In this document: positions 47,778-56,397 of the stretch, piece by piece | Layout of the letters: each line of letters starts with the position of its first letter | Numbering within the stretch: the stretch's first letter is position 1 | IMG/VR virus record: IMGVR_UViG_3300046779_001841 | Location: 160,001-224,000 of that record | Direction: 5' to 3' (one strand) | Length of the DNA: 64,000 bases | Origin: a virus | Taxonomy: Duplodnaviria > Caudoviricetes | Made by a program: the position numbers and the translations under genes | Notes under the pieces: generated by a model | What the model saw: only the letters and a program-made list of their open reading frames with translations | Databases searched by the model: none | What the model was told of the DNA's origin: nothing

Positions 47778-48279
47778 GTTTCCTGTATATCTTTAACCAT
47801 AGTTCTGGATCTGTTTTTTTGGCAAACAATAAAAAATCGACTGCTTCCCACAACTTTAAACATTCCTTTAAAGATAATACTTTTTCTTTTGAGATTCTTG
47901 ACAATTTATTTATTGTTTTTGTTTGCCAATCTACATCTTCATCTTCAAGATCGGTATCTTGAAACACATCTGGCTTTTCATATTCTTTCCATTCGCTTAA
48001 TCCAAATTTCTTTTCTAGCATCCTACAAGCGATACCAAAATCTACACCTTCTTTTTCCATTACTGTTGAAACAACATCTCTTACTTTTCCACAAGCAAAA
48101 CAATACCATGTTTTTGTTGAATGATAGTATCTAGCACTTGGCTTTGTATCTACACCACTACCATGCAAATCACATGAAAATTGTTGATCTGCACCATTTG
48201 TTCTTACATTATATCCATATGCACTTAGAATTTGGTCTAGTGGTACTTGATTTTTAAGTCTTTCTGCTCTTTTACTCAT
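47755..48279 (-). CDS. Primase zinc-binding (CHC2) domain protein
   Basis: FSCDLH...DTKPSA.......WYCFACG...DVV..VM..EGVDF..A...L is the DnaG CHC2 Zn-finger pattern. No TOPRIM domain. Confidence 0.85.
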   Translation of the reverse strand: MSKRAERLKNQVPLDQILSAYGYNVRTNGADQQFSCDLHGSGVDTKPSARYYHSTKTWYCFACGKVRDVVSTVMEKEGVDFGIACRMLEKKFGLSEWKEYEKPDVFQDTDLEDEDVDWQTKTINKLSRISKEKVLSLKECLKLWEAVDFLLFAKKTDPELWLKIYRKLENERQE

Positions 48280-48523
48280 CTTCCCTTCCTATAAATACAT
48301 TGTTAGAATTGACCCATGTGTGTTTTGGCAATGATCTTATACTAAATAAGATCATAGACTTTCTTATATTATCAGAATATATATAATAACCTTTTCCTTG
48401 TATATCACCAATACCATTTCTTTTTTGTGTAGATGATGTACTTGATAGAAATGTTGTAAATTGTTTAGCTGAATACAAACTATTAGTATCCCAATAAATA
48501 AAACAAAAAGGGTAGTTATCCAT
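48272..48523 (-). CDS. Small tandem-paralogue protein 1 (FIGRE family)
   Basis: 83 aa. Shares AK..T...S, G..IY..N, R.S..LF..RSL.KH.W and FIGRE with the next two ORFs. Confidence 0.65.
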   Translation of the reverse strand: MDNYPFCFIYWDTNSLYSAKQFTTFLSSTSSTQKRNGIGDIQGKGYYIYSDNIRKSMILFSIRSLPKHTWVNSNNVFIGREDE

Positions 48524-48796
48524 TCACTCATCTTCCCTTCCTATAAATCTATCATGGTCAGTTATCCATGTGTGTTTAGCTAAAGACCTTATGGCAAATA
48601 AAGTTATTGATCTTCTTAGGTTTTCTATATTATTCTCATATATAAGGACACCTTTACCTTTAATCCTATTATCTTTATGTTGCATAGTATGGGTAGAGAA
48701 GATACTTGTATATTTTTTAGCATGGTATATGTCGTTATTCTCATAATACACAGAGAAGATAGCTTTAGACATAGGTGTTATTCCCTTCCTATAAAT
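48281..48796. repeat. Three exact copies of ttcccttcctataaat at ~250-bp spacing
   Basis: Copies at 48281-48296, 48533-48548 and 48781-48796. They encode the FIGRE C-termini and supply a GGAAGGGA RBS for the following gene. Confidence 0.85.
48524..48772 (-). CDS. Small tandem-paralogue protein 2 (FIGRE family)
   Basis: 82 aa, same motifs as its neighbours. Confidence 0.65.
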   Translation of the reverse strand: MSKAIFSVYYENNDIYHAKKYTSIFSTHTMQHKDNRIKGKGVLIYENNIENLRRSITLFAIRSLAKHTWITDHDRFIGREDE

Positions 48797-49023
48797 TTGT
48801 TATTGTCATTTATCCAATTATGCTTAGGTAGAGATCTTGCACTAAATAATGCGATTGATCGCCTTATGCTATCTGTATTTGTCTTGTATATAAACACACC
48901 ATTTGTATAGCTTGACTGTTTGGCGTGTGTAGTATGGTTATTTGAAAAAAGACAAGTCCATTGTTTTGCCTCAAATAAACCATTAGCATTGCAATAAAAG
49001 AAAGCAATAGGATGATTATCCAT
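48778..49023 (-). CDS. Small tandem-paralogue protein 3 (FIGRE family)
   Basis: 81 aa, same motifs as its neighbours. Confidence 0.65.
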   Translation of the reverse strand: MDNHPIAFFYCNANGLFEAKQWTCLFSNNHTTHAKQSSYTNGVFIYKTNTDSIRRSIALFSARSLPKHNWINDNNKFIGRE

Positions 49024-49043
49024 AGTGTTTATTCACTTTCTCA

Positions 49044-50552
49044 TTAAATCACATCTGTTAATGGATCTGCTTTTGCATTACCTGTTAATGGCAATAAAGT
49101 CAAATTATCACTATTCGTGATTTTACCTGCTGGAAATAAAATGTTCGCATTAAATGTTGGAAATCCTGCTTGATCTCTACTCTTTAAACATTGATACTTA
49201 ATTTGCTTCTGCTCTCTTACATCATTCCCAAACCAATTCGCTATCACTATATCTGCACTTCTTTCTGCTTCATTCGCATAAGACAAGTGTGTTAATTGAT
49301 ACTCTCCATTCTTTTTAAGTGCATCATTATAACCATCACGACTGATTTGGAATAAACATAAAACAGGTATTCCTTGACCACGATTAAAATTCATTGCCAT
49401 TCTCTTCAAATCTCTAATCACTTCATTTAATCGTTCTGTAGTAGATCCATATTTTGTTCTACTTGCCAATAACAAAGCATGATCGACTACTATCAAGTCT
49501 ATCTTTTCTTTTTGACTTAACAATTCTGCTTTTGCTCTTAAATCTTCTACTGTAAAATCAAAGCTATCTGGATTATCACCTTCAATATGGATTGCTCCAT
49601 ATTCTCCACTTTCTCTACATTTCTTTAAATCTGGTACAACATGATTAAAAAAGAAATCTTTTTCTTCTGGTGTTAATTTACCACCACGAACTTTAGATGG
49701 GTCAATACCTTCATAGACTTCTACATTAGGTTTTTGTAAACCTAATGCTATTCTTACATTCTTAAATTTCGCATGACAAGAATGAATACAATAGATAGAT
49801 CGTCTTACTTGTGGATAGTGCATTTCTAATGAGAAATATAGTGTATTGGTTTTATCCCAAGTTGCTTGACTATATGCCCAATTTAATGCTGTTTTAGATT
49901 TAGCATGACCTGTAAATCCTGCAAGAATATACAATTCTTTCTTTCTAAATCCACCTATCGCATCATCTATGATTTTAATTCCTGTTGTAGGAATAACTTC
50001 TCTACCGGCCTCTTCAGCTTTGGTATATTCTTCTGCAAGATCATCTACATCTGTTAAAACTTCACCACCTAATTTTGATCCAAATGTTGGGGTCATAACA
50101 TCTACAAGTTTATTCGATAAGAAACGACCAGCATCTCTTGCACCTTTAAGTAGTGTTTTATGATTGCCTTTTTCTTTAATTTCCAATCCACTTTTAATAA
50201 TGGTTTTCACATCTGTGATGGTATTAGAAAGTTTAATAATTCTTGCTTCTTCTACATGGTTTTCGATTTCTGTTAAAAAATTTCCTTTGTAGATAGGTGT
50301 TATTGATGCTAATGCACGAACACGATCTGAACATTCAAATTCATTTTGTGTTTCAAAAAATTGAATAATGGTTTGATGATCTGGCAAATGTCCATGATTT
50401 GACATAAATCCTTTGATATAAGACCAAATCGCATTATCTTCTTTTGCTTCAAAATTAAATATGCTCTCTCTCAATGCCATGTAATTCATTTGCATTTGAT
50501 TAATATCATCACCTAGTCTTTGATCAGGTAAAATACTTCTTAAGATTTTCAT
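49044..50552 (-). CDS. dnaB: Replicative DnaB-like helicase
   Basis: LYILAGFTGHAKS (variant Walker A), FSLEM, IVVDH, LFQISR, LSYANEAERSADIV, KSRD. Confidence 0.9.
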   Translation of the reverse strand: MKILRSILPDQRLGDDINQMQMNYMALRESIFNFEAKEDNAIWSYIKGFMSNHGHLPDHQTIIQFFETQNEFECSDRVRALASITPIYKGNFLTEIENHVEEARIIKLSNTITDVKTIIKSGLEIKEKGNHKTLLKGARDAGRFLSNKLVDVMTPTFGSKLGGEVLTDVDDLAEEYTKAEEAGREVIPTTGIKIIDDAIGGFRKKELYILAGFTGHAKSKTALNWAYSQATWDKTNTLYFSLEMHYPQVRRSIYCIHSCHAKFKNVRIALGLQKPNVEVYEGIDPSKVRGGKLTPEEKDFFFNHVVPDLKKCRESGEYGAIHIEGDNPDSFDFTVEDLRAKAELLSQKEKIDLIVVDHALLLASRTKYGSTTERLNEVIRDLKRMAMNFNRGQGIPVLCLFQISRDGYNDALKKNGEYQLTHLSYANEAERSADIVIANWFGNDVREQKQIKYQCLKSRDQAGFPTFNANILFPAGKITNSDNLTLLPLTGNAKADPLTDVI

Positions 50553-50564
50553 TTGTAAAAAGCC

Positions 50565-51233
50565 TTAGATTTTAAGTGTTGTCACTTTTTTGTTTTCTGT
50601 TTCTTGTTGTTCTACAAGTCTTATATTATTCCATCCTAATAATACATCATCTACACCTCTTGACCATGCAATATGTCCTTCACATAATGGTCTGTTTGGA
50701 TCAACCACAATCCAAGTAGGTTTATTTAGATGTTGTCTTAACTCGATTGTTTCTATCAACACTTCTGGCATTGCTGAATTTCTTGCCATCTTCACACCTA
50801 ATCTTACTATCAAGAGTGCTGGTGCTTCTGCCATATCTTCTAAACCACGAACTGTAATTTCTCTTGTGAAATCTGGATCTACTATTTCAGATTGTGATGC
50901 AGAAATATTAGAAAGCCATGCACTCATTAAATTCGCATCAGATACTACTTTAATAAACAATGCTGGATTTTTTTCTAAGAAAATTGCACCTTTTAAATGA
51001 GAACACAATTCTGTTTTCTCTGCATGAATAATGATGTTCTCTTTTAATTTGCCTTTTAGTGGTGTTGTCTTTTTCGCAGGAAATTGACTTAACCCAGTCC
51101 ATGCTTTTTCACATTGGTTTTTCAAATGTATTTTAAACACACAAGAACATTGTGACATGATAGGTTCATCTCTATAAAATTGACCACTTGGAACTATTCC
51201 TATACCACCACATTTTTCACAAACTTTACTCAT
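50565..51233 (-). CDS. DnaC/DnaI-like helicase loader, degenerate ATPase
   Basis: N-terminal CxxC...CxC, placed directly upstream of dnaB. LLIVRLG and IELR...KPTWI resemble the loader fold, but Walker A/B residues are missing. Confidence 0.55.
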   Translation of the reverse strand: MSKVCEKCGGIGIVPSGQFYRDEPIMSQCSCVFKIHLKNQCEKAWTGLSQFPAKKTTPLKGKLKENIIIHAEKTELCSHLKGAIFLEKNPALFIKVVSDANLMSAWLSNISASQSEIVDPDFTREITVRGLEDMAEAPALLIVRLGVKMARNSAMPEVLIETIELRQHLNKPTWIVVDPNRPLCEGHIAWSRGVDDVLLGWNNIRLVEQQETENKKVTTLKI

Positions 51234-52834
51234 TCTTTTGCATCCTCTAGTAGACCATTGAAAATATCTTTGAGTTCTGTATCAGACACTCCTTGTATCT
51301 TATCACTTTCTTCATCATTTTTTAGTCTTTTTCCTAAAACATTTTCAATTAAATCCATTTTATTTGCTAATGCTTTCATTACTCGATCATCTATTGTCTT
51401 TGGACAAACTAAATGATAGCAAAATACACGATCATGTATACTACCAATACGAATCATACGACCAATAATCTGTAAATAATCTCCTGCACTCCAAGGACTA
51501 TCATAAAAAATCACTGCTTTTGCTAATTGTAAATTTACACCTTCTGCGGCCGCCATCGTAATTAACACCACTTTCACATCTGATTTCTCATCTTGAAATG
51601 CTTCTTGTGATTTCTTCCTCTCATCATCTTTCTCACCACCAGTAATTCTTACACTTTTAATTTTCTTCGCAGTCAATTCTCTTTCTAAAATATCTACCAT
51701 CTTTCTAAATCTTGAGAAAATGATAACTTTCTCACCATCCAATTCATCTTCTAGTAATTCAAACAAAGCATCTATTTTTCCACTATCACCTACACCATCT
51801 ACAAGTTCAAGATGATTTACTATCTGTTGGCAATACATGACTGCTGTTAGTTTTGTTACTTCTTTTTGTTTAATTTCACCAGTATTCGCATCATATTGTT
51901 CTAGTAATCCACTTAATGCTTCTTTATATTTTGATCTTTGAACATCTGATAATTCACATTCAATTCTCTTAGTAGTCAATGGTGGTAATTCACTCGCTAC
52001 TTCATGTTTTGGTCTACCTACAAAGAATGGATCTATCTTATCTTTAAATGCTTCAATATCTGATTTACGATGTCCAACTACAAACTTAATTCTTTTTCTA
52101 CCTATTTGCTTATCTACACATACACAATAGTTAGACATGAAAACATTTTTACTTGGCATAAGACCAGGTACAGTCACCTTGTAAATTGCCCAAGCCTCCA
52201 TAAGTCTATTCTTAATAATCGTTGCAGATAAAGACCAAACCTTTTCTGCACTACCAGATAAATGAGAACACACTTGATGAATTTGAGATGTATCATTTTT
52301 AAATGCAGTGGCTTCATCAAATACCATAACATTGCCAGTGATATTTTGTAGATTTTCAAAATCTATAACTGCAGTACGATAACCTAAGATCAAAACTTTA
52401 ATGGATGTACAAGCAAAGAAAGCATCATAAGTCTTTTGTCTTTTCTTTTTATCACCAGTAACAACAAAGCAATTAATACCACCATTGGTAAATTTTTCAA
52501 ATTCACTCGCCCACTGATTTAATGCAGATTTAGTAGTGCATATAACTGCTGGCATATCTGGTTTCTTTTCCCAAACATAACACAATGTAGCAATAACCTG
52601 CAAAGTTTTACCTAAACCCGTATCATCGCCAAGAACAAATCGTGGCATTGCAAGTAAATGTAAAATACCTTGTAGCTGGTAGTTTCTCAAAGTTAAAGGT
52701 TTGCCATTTGATAAGTGTGTTCTCAAGAAAGAATTTGCTGGCATCTTGATTTCTTGTTTAACACGGACTTCTCTTAATTTTTCAATAGTGGCAAGAAGTT
52801 TTGGATCTTTTAAATAATTCATATAAGTAGTCAT
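51230..52834 (-). CDS. Stand-alone SNF2-family helicase/ATPase
   Basis: LRNYQ..G, LGDDTGLGKT, VFDEAT, LSATIIKN, EKVIIFS, AEGVNLQ.A, PWS...YLQIIGRM.RIG. Confidence 0.93.
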   Translation of the reverse strand: MTTYMNYLKDPKLLATIEKLREVRVKQEIKMPANSFLRTHLSNGKPLTLRNYQLQGILHLLAMPRFVLGDDTGLGKTLQVIATLCYVWEKKPDMPAVICTTKSALNQWASEFEKFTNGGINCFVVTGDKKKRQKTYDAFFACTSIKVLILGYRTAVIDFENLQNITGNVMVFDEATAFKNDTSQIHQVCSHLSGSAEKVWSLSATIIKNRLMEAWAIYKVTVPGLMPSKNVFMSNYCVCVDKQIGRKRIKFVVGHRKSDIEAFKDKIDPFFVGRPKHEVASELPPLTTKRIECELSDVQRSKYKEALSGLLEQYDANTGEIKQKEVTKLTAVMYCQQIVNHLELVDGVGDSGKIDALFELLEDELDGEKVIIFSRFRKMVDILERELTAKKIKSVRITGGEKDDERKKSQEAFQDEKSDVKVVLITMAAAEGVNLQLAKAVIFYDSPWSAGDYLQIIGRMIRIGSIHDRVFCYHLVCPKTIDDRVMKALANKMDLIENVLGKRLKNDEESDKIQGVSDTELKDIFNGLLEDAKE

Positions 52835-52891
52835 CCTTTAGAATAATGAACAATCTACTTATAAGATATTTATCTATGTTTTACATATAAA

Positions 52892-53338
52892 TTATAGAAC
52901 TTGTTTTTTCACAACACCAGTAAATGGTTTCCAATTCTCAATAAGATTAAATAAGATCGCATATTGTATATGTAGAGGCTTACCAGAATTTAAAAGTTTA
53001 GTCGTCTGTAAGCGAATGTTTTCCGAATTAAGTTGGATTTGTAAATGTCTTGCTTTCATCCATGTTCTTTGTATCCAGATAACAATTTTGCGAACTGCTT
53101 TCATGGCTTTCAAATAGACTTCACCTGTATATACAGGTTTTCTTTTTACTGAACCAAATTTAAGTTTAGCAATTCTTGTTAAAACTTTATATGTTTCTGT
53201 TTGATAGTTAAGACCAATTTTTCTTTTAGTAAAGAAATACCAAGCTACATTTGCTGATTCTGTATCACGATTAAAAAATTCTAAAATAAAATCAAATAAA
53301 GAATCTGTATGTTCATCTATATAAGTCATTACATTCAT
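52892..53338 (-). CDS. Hypothetical protein
   Basis: 148-aa basic ORF. Confidence 0.5.
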   Translation of the reverse strand: MNVMTYIDEHTDSLFDFILEFFNRDTESANVAWYFFTKRKIGLNYQTETYKVLTRIAKLKFGSVKRKPVYTGEVYLKAMKAVRKIVIWIQRTWMKARHLQIQLNSENIRLQTTKLLNSGKPLHIQYAILFNLIENWKPFTGVVKKQVL

Positions 53339-53339
53339 T

Positions 53340-53837
53340 TTAAGCTACCATCCTTAATCCAAGTTTATTGATAAATCGAATATAAAGATTTTTTACTTCG
53401 ATCACGACTTCTTTACTTTTTGGATGATCTGCTTGATCTAATGCTTCATCCCATTCACCAGCTAGTAAAAGTTGAATAACTACATCACCATTCATAGGTT
53501 CATGTATCATAATCTTATTTTGTCTTTTTTCATTAAGTATCATTGCAATAATTTTATCTCTTGCTTGTTTTACTCTTGCACTATGTTTTATTAAACTACC
53601 AATTAGATTTCTACTTGTCTTATGACTTGCCATTTTTAATGCAGTATCATAGTCATTTTCCATTAAGACATCTACTATCTTTGGATCATCAAATTTTTCT
53701 ATGGTTGCATATATATCTAATAAGGTAGCAATATTTTCTTCTGCATTTCGTGTTGGCAAAGAATGTGTTGAATATCCACCATAAGATTTATCTGATTTGT
53801 TCATTTTAAAACTCCTTTTACACAAATAGCTTTTCAA
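53340..53837 (-). CDS. Hypothetical protein
   Basis: 165 aa, likely start near 53804 (AGGAG RBS). Two similar halves (LMENDYDTALKMA / LLAGEWDEALDQA). Confidence 0.5.
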   Translation of the reverse strand: MKSYLCKRSFKMNKSDKSYGGYSTHSLPTRNAEENIATLLDIYATIEKFDDPKIVDVLMENDYDTALKMASHKTSRNLIGSLIKHSARVKQARDKIIAMILNEKRQNKIMIHEPMNGDVVIQLLLAGEWDEALDQADHPKSKEVVIEVKNLYIRFINKLGLRMVA

Positions 53838-53895
53838 TAAATATTTTATTATTTTTTAAGTATAAAGATACTCTTATTTAAAAGGATAGATCATC

Positions 53896-54669
53896 ATGTC
53901 TAAAAATCCAGATCAAAATCCACAAAATGTTGGTGGCTTTGATGTTCAAGGTACTAGTGAACTTTACAAATTTAATACATCACCAAATACTCGTGTTGCT
54001 CTTTCTCAAAAGGTTAGAATACTTGCACCTTCTTATGGTAAAACAGGTCAATCTGCTTTAAAGAAATATCAATTAGGTGTTGTAGAATCTTTTTCTTATG
54101 AAGGTAACAGTAGATCTACTGAAGCTAGACGCGGTATTGGTTTCGGTGATCAAATTGCAGAACTTGTTCCAGGTTTAACAGACCCACCAACCATTTCTTT
54201 TACTCGTGCTTTATTCTATCTTTCAAATGCTTTTCAAACTATTGGTTTTGCTGGTGGTGTTGATGGACCCGTAAGAAGTGTAAAACATACAAGATGGCCG
54301 TTCGATGTTGAAGAACAACTTGTATTTAGTGATATTGCAGATAATCAATCAGATGGTACTGATGGCAACACTTATACACAAGGTATTGTTAAAGTAGATT
54401 ACTCTGCTCAAAATGTTACCGAACCTGATGTAGAAGCATTTAAATATAAGCAAAAAGTCCATAAAGCAATCTTAACTTATTTTGAAACTTGCTGGTTACA
54501 TTCTATCGACCACTCTGTTGATATTGGTACTGCACATATTATGGAAAGTGTTGCTTGTGGTGTTACAGATGTTCATGATGGTCTATCTACTTATGGTGAA
54601 TTTTTATCCACAGGTAATAATCCATATCTTGGTCAAGTCGCATCTAAACGATTCCCAGGCACTCGTTAA
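53896..54669 (+). CDS. Tail tube protein
   Basis: GVVESFS...RSTEARRGIGFGDQIAELVPG...ISFTR and FETCWL.S pattern. Lies upstream of the chaperones and tape measure. Confidence 0.65.
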   Translation: MSKNPDQNPQNVGGFDVQGTSELYKFNTSPNTRVALSQKVRILAPSYGKTGQSALKKYQLGVVESFSYEGNSRSTEARRGIGFGDQIAELVPGLTDPPTISFTRALFYLSNAFQTIGFAGGVDGPVRSVKHTRWPFDVEEQLVFSDIADNQSDGTDGNTYTQGIVKVDYSAQNVTEPDVEAFKYKQKVHKAILTYFETCWLHSIDHSVDIGTAHIMESVACGVTDVHDGLSTYGEFLSTGNNPYLGQVASKRFPGTR

Positions 54670-54718
54670 TATTTTTTTGTATGATTAAGATGACGATCTA
54701 TAAACGGAGAATATTAAA

Positions 54719-55324
54719 ATGTTTTTAAATGAAATCGAATCAGCTTTTAATGATCTTATTCAAATTGGCAATCTTGAAAAACAAGTTTCCATTGGCAATA
54801 TTTCTTTAGTGCTTAAAACACTCACACCTTCTGATGAAATTGAAATCCAAAAAGTCATTTCTTCTTTTAGAAATGATGATACACTCGCAGTTGAGTTTAT
54901 TGATCTTTTTAGAAAAGAAACTCTTTCCAGAGGAATTGTTGAAGTCAATGGTAAAAACTTGAGAAATGTTAGTGTTGTAGAAACTGATGAAAAATTAGAT
55001 AATGGTGTTTCTATTAAGATTACCAAACAAGAAGCACTTTATAAAATGCTGGATAAAATGCCTAAAGGTATTCTTGCACATCTTTTTAGTGAAATGACTG
55101 CTTTAACAGAACTTTCCGAAAAACAAGTAGAAAAATTGTTAAACATTAAAGAAAAAGACAATCTTGTTGAAGCTGACATTCTGGAAACTCGTGCAAATAA
55201 TTTAAGACAAGAAGATACTATTAAAAAGAATGAAGAAAAAACTAAACAAAGTCTGGCAACTTTGAATAATGTTAAGCAACCAAATTTTAGTGATGCTTTA
55301 AAGGAAATTGGATCTGTTGAATAA
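54719..55324 (+). CDS. Tail assembly chaperone
   Basis: LVLKTLTP.DE...ETLSRGIVEVNG pattern. Located between tube and tape measure. Confidence 0.6.
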   Translation: MFLNEIESAFNDLIQIGNLEKQVSIGNISLVLKTLTPSDEIEIQKVISSFRNDDTLAVEFIDLFRKETLSRGIVEVNGKNLRNVSVVETDEKLDNGVSIKITKQEALYKMLDKMPKGILAHLFSEMTALTELSEKQVEKLLNIKEKDNLVEADILETRANNLRQEDTIKKNEEKTKQSLATLNNVKQPNFSDALKEIGSVE

Positions 55325-55326
55325 AA

Positions 55327-56382
55327 ATGATAGATCATTATCAAGATTTAAGACAAGTCATTGAACAAGGCTTTCTTTCTTTTAAAATTCTTGTCAATCA
55401 CAAATATATTGTTTTCCGATCTCCATCTCTAAAAGATTTAGAAATTATGGAATCCTATTCTCTTAGACCTATGAGAGATATTATTCTCATGGCAAGATGT
55501 ATCTATTCTATTGGTTATGTTAAAATCAATCAAGATCGAGATTTCTACTATCTGATTGATTTCTGTAAAACTATTCCTATGTCTTGTTTTAATAAGATTG
55601 TGTTTTATCTTTATTCCATTACAAATAGATTACGAAGTGCTGGTACTTTACTTGAAGGATTTTGCTATGAAACAGAATCAAGACAAATTTGGAAAACATG
55701 GTTATCTAAAAATAAATTTCATAAATCCATAACCACTGATGAATTTGATACACTCCAAATCGCTTGGATTATCTGGAATGAAAGTGAAGATACTAAACAA
55801 ATTGAAGATGCACACTGGCAAAGGTCTTTATTTGTAGCAAGTGCTATGGCTTCTGGTGTAGATAAAATTAAAAAGAAATGGAAAGACCAAGAAGATTTAG
55901 AAAACAAGAGAAGAGAAGAAGTTAAGAAATATGCAAGGATGGGAAAGCCTATGCCTAAAGATGCCAAAGATATTATGTTAGACAATAATGAGAAATTAGT
56001 AGAAGAAATGAGAAGATGGTTAGCTGGTGAAGAAGATGAACATGATCGAGTGATAAGAGAACATAAAGAGTTTATGAAAGAACAGATCAATAATGCTAGA
56101 GTATATGCAGAAGAACAAAGGCAAATGGCAATAGAAAGAAAAGATGAAATACAAGCGATACCGATAGTCGGATATACTTTAGATGATATTAAACAAAAAG
56201 TAGTTACACAATCCACAACGATAGGTATTCAATTTGGCAAAGATACAGAAGCAGTATTGAATAAAATCATGGCAGATGTGATAGCACCAGAACCATTAAA
56301 TCCAGAACAAGATTCAATTTTCAATCAATCAAAAACATCTTTAATGGATAAAATTACACAAAGGCAACCTAAGATAGAATAA
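55327..56382 (+). CDS. Second tail assembly chaperone-like protein
   Basis: Position immediately before the tape measure gene, charged helical C-terminus. Confidence 0.5.
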   Translation: MIDHYQDLRQVIEQGFLSFKILVNHKYIVFRSPSLKDLEIMESYSLRPMRDIILMARCIYSIGYVKINQDRDFYYLIDFCKTIPMSCFNKIVFYLYSITNRLRSAGTLLEGFCYETESRQIWKTWLSKNKFHKSITTDEFDTLQIAWIIWNESEDTKQIEDAHWQRSLFVASAMASGVDKIKKKWKDQEDLENKRREEVKKYARMGKPMPKDAKDIMLDNNEKLVEEMRRWLAGEEDEHDRVIREHKEFMKEQINNARVYAEEQRQMAIERKDEIQAIPIVGYTLDDIKQKVVTQSTTIGIQFGKDTEAVLNKIMADVIAPEPLNPEQDSIFNQSKTSLMDKITQRQPKIE

Positions 56383-56397
56383 AAGGTGGTATTTCAA

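Noticed and set aside
17269-52834. Inteins, introns or homing endonucleases in ligase, DnaB or SNF2 genes
   Set aside because: Motif spacing is normal, and no intein termini or LAGLIDADG/HNH signatures were seen.
55297-55329. Slippery heptamer T-TTA-AAG in correct phase at the end of the first tail chaperone, with the next gene in the -1 frame (G/GT-type frameshift)
   Set aside because: The -1 frame hits TGA at 55318-55320 before reaching the ATG at 55327, so no fusion is possible without readthrough.
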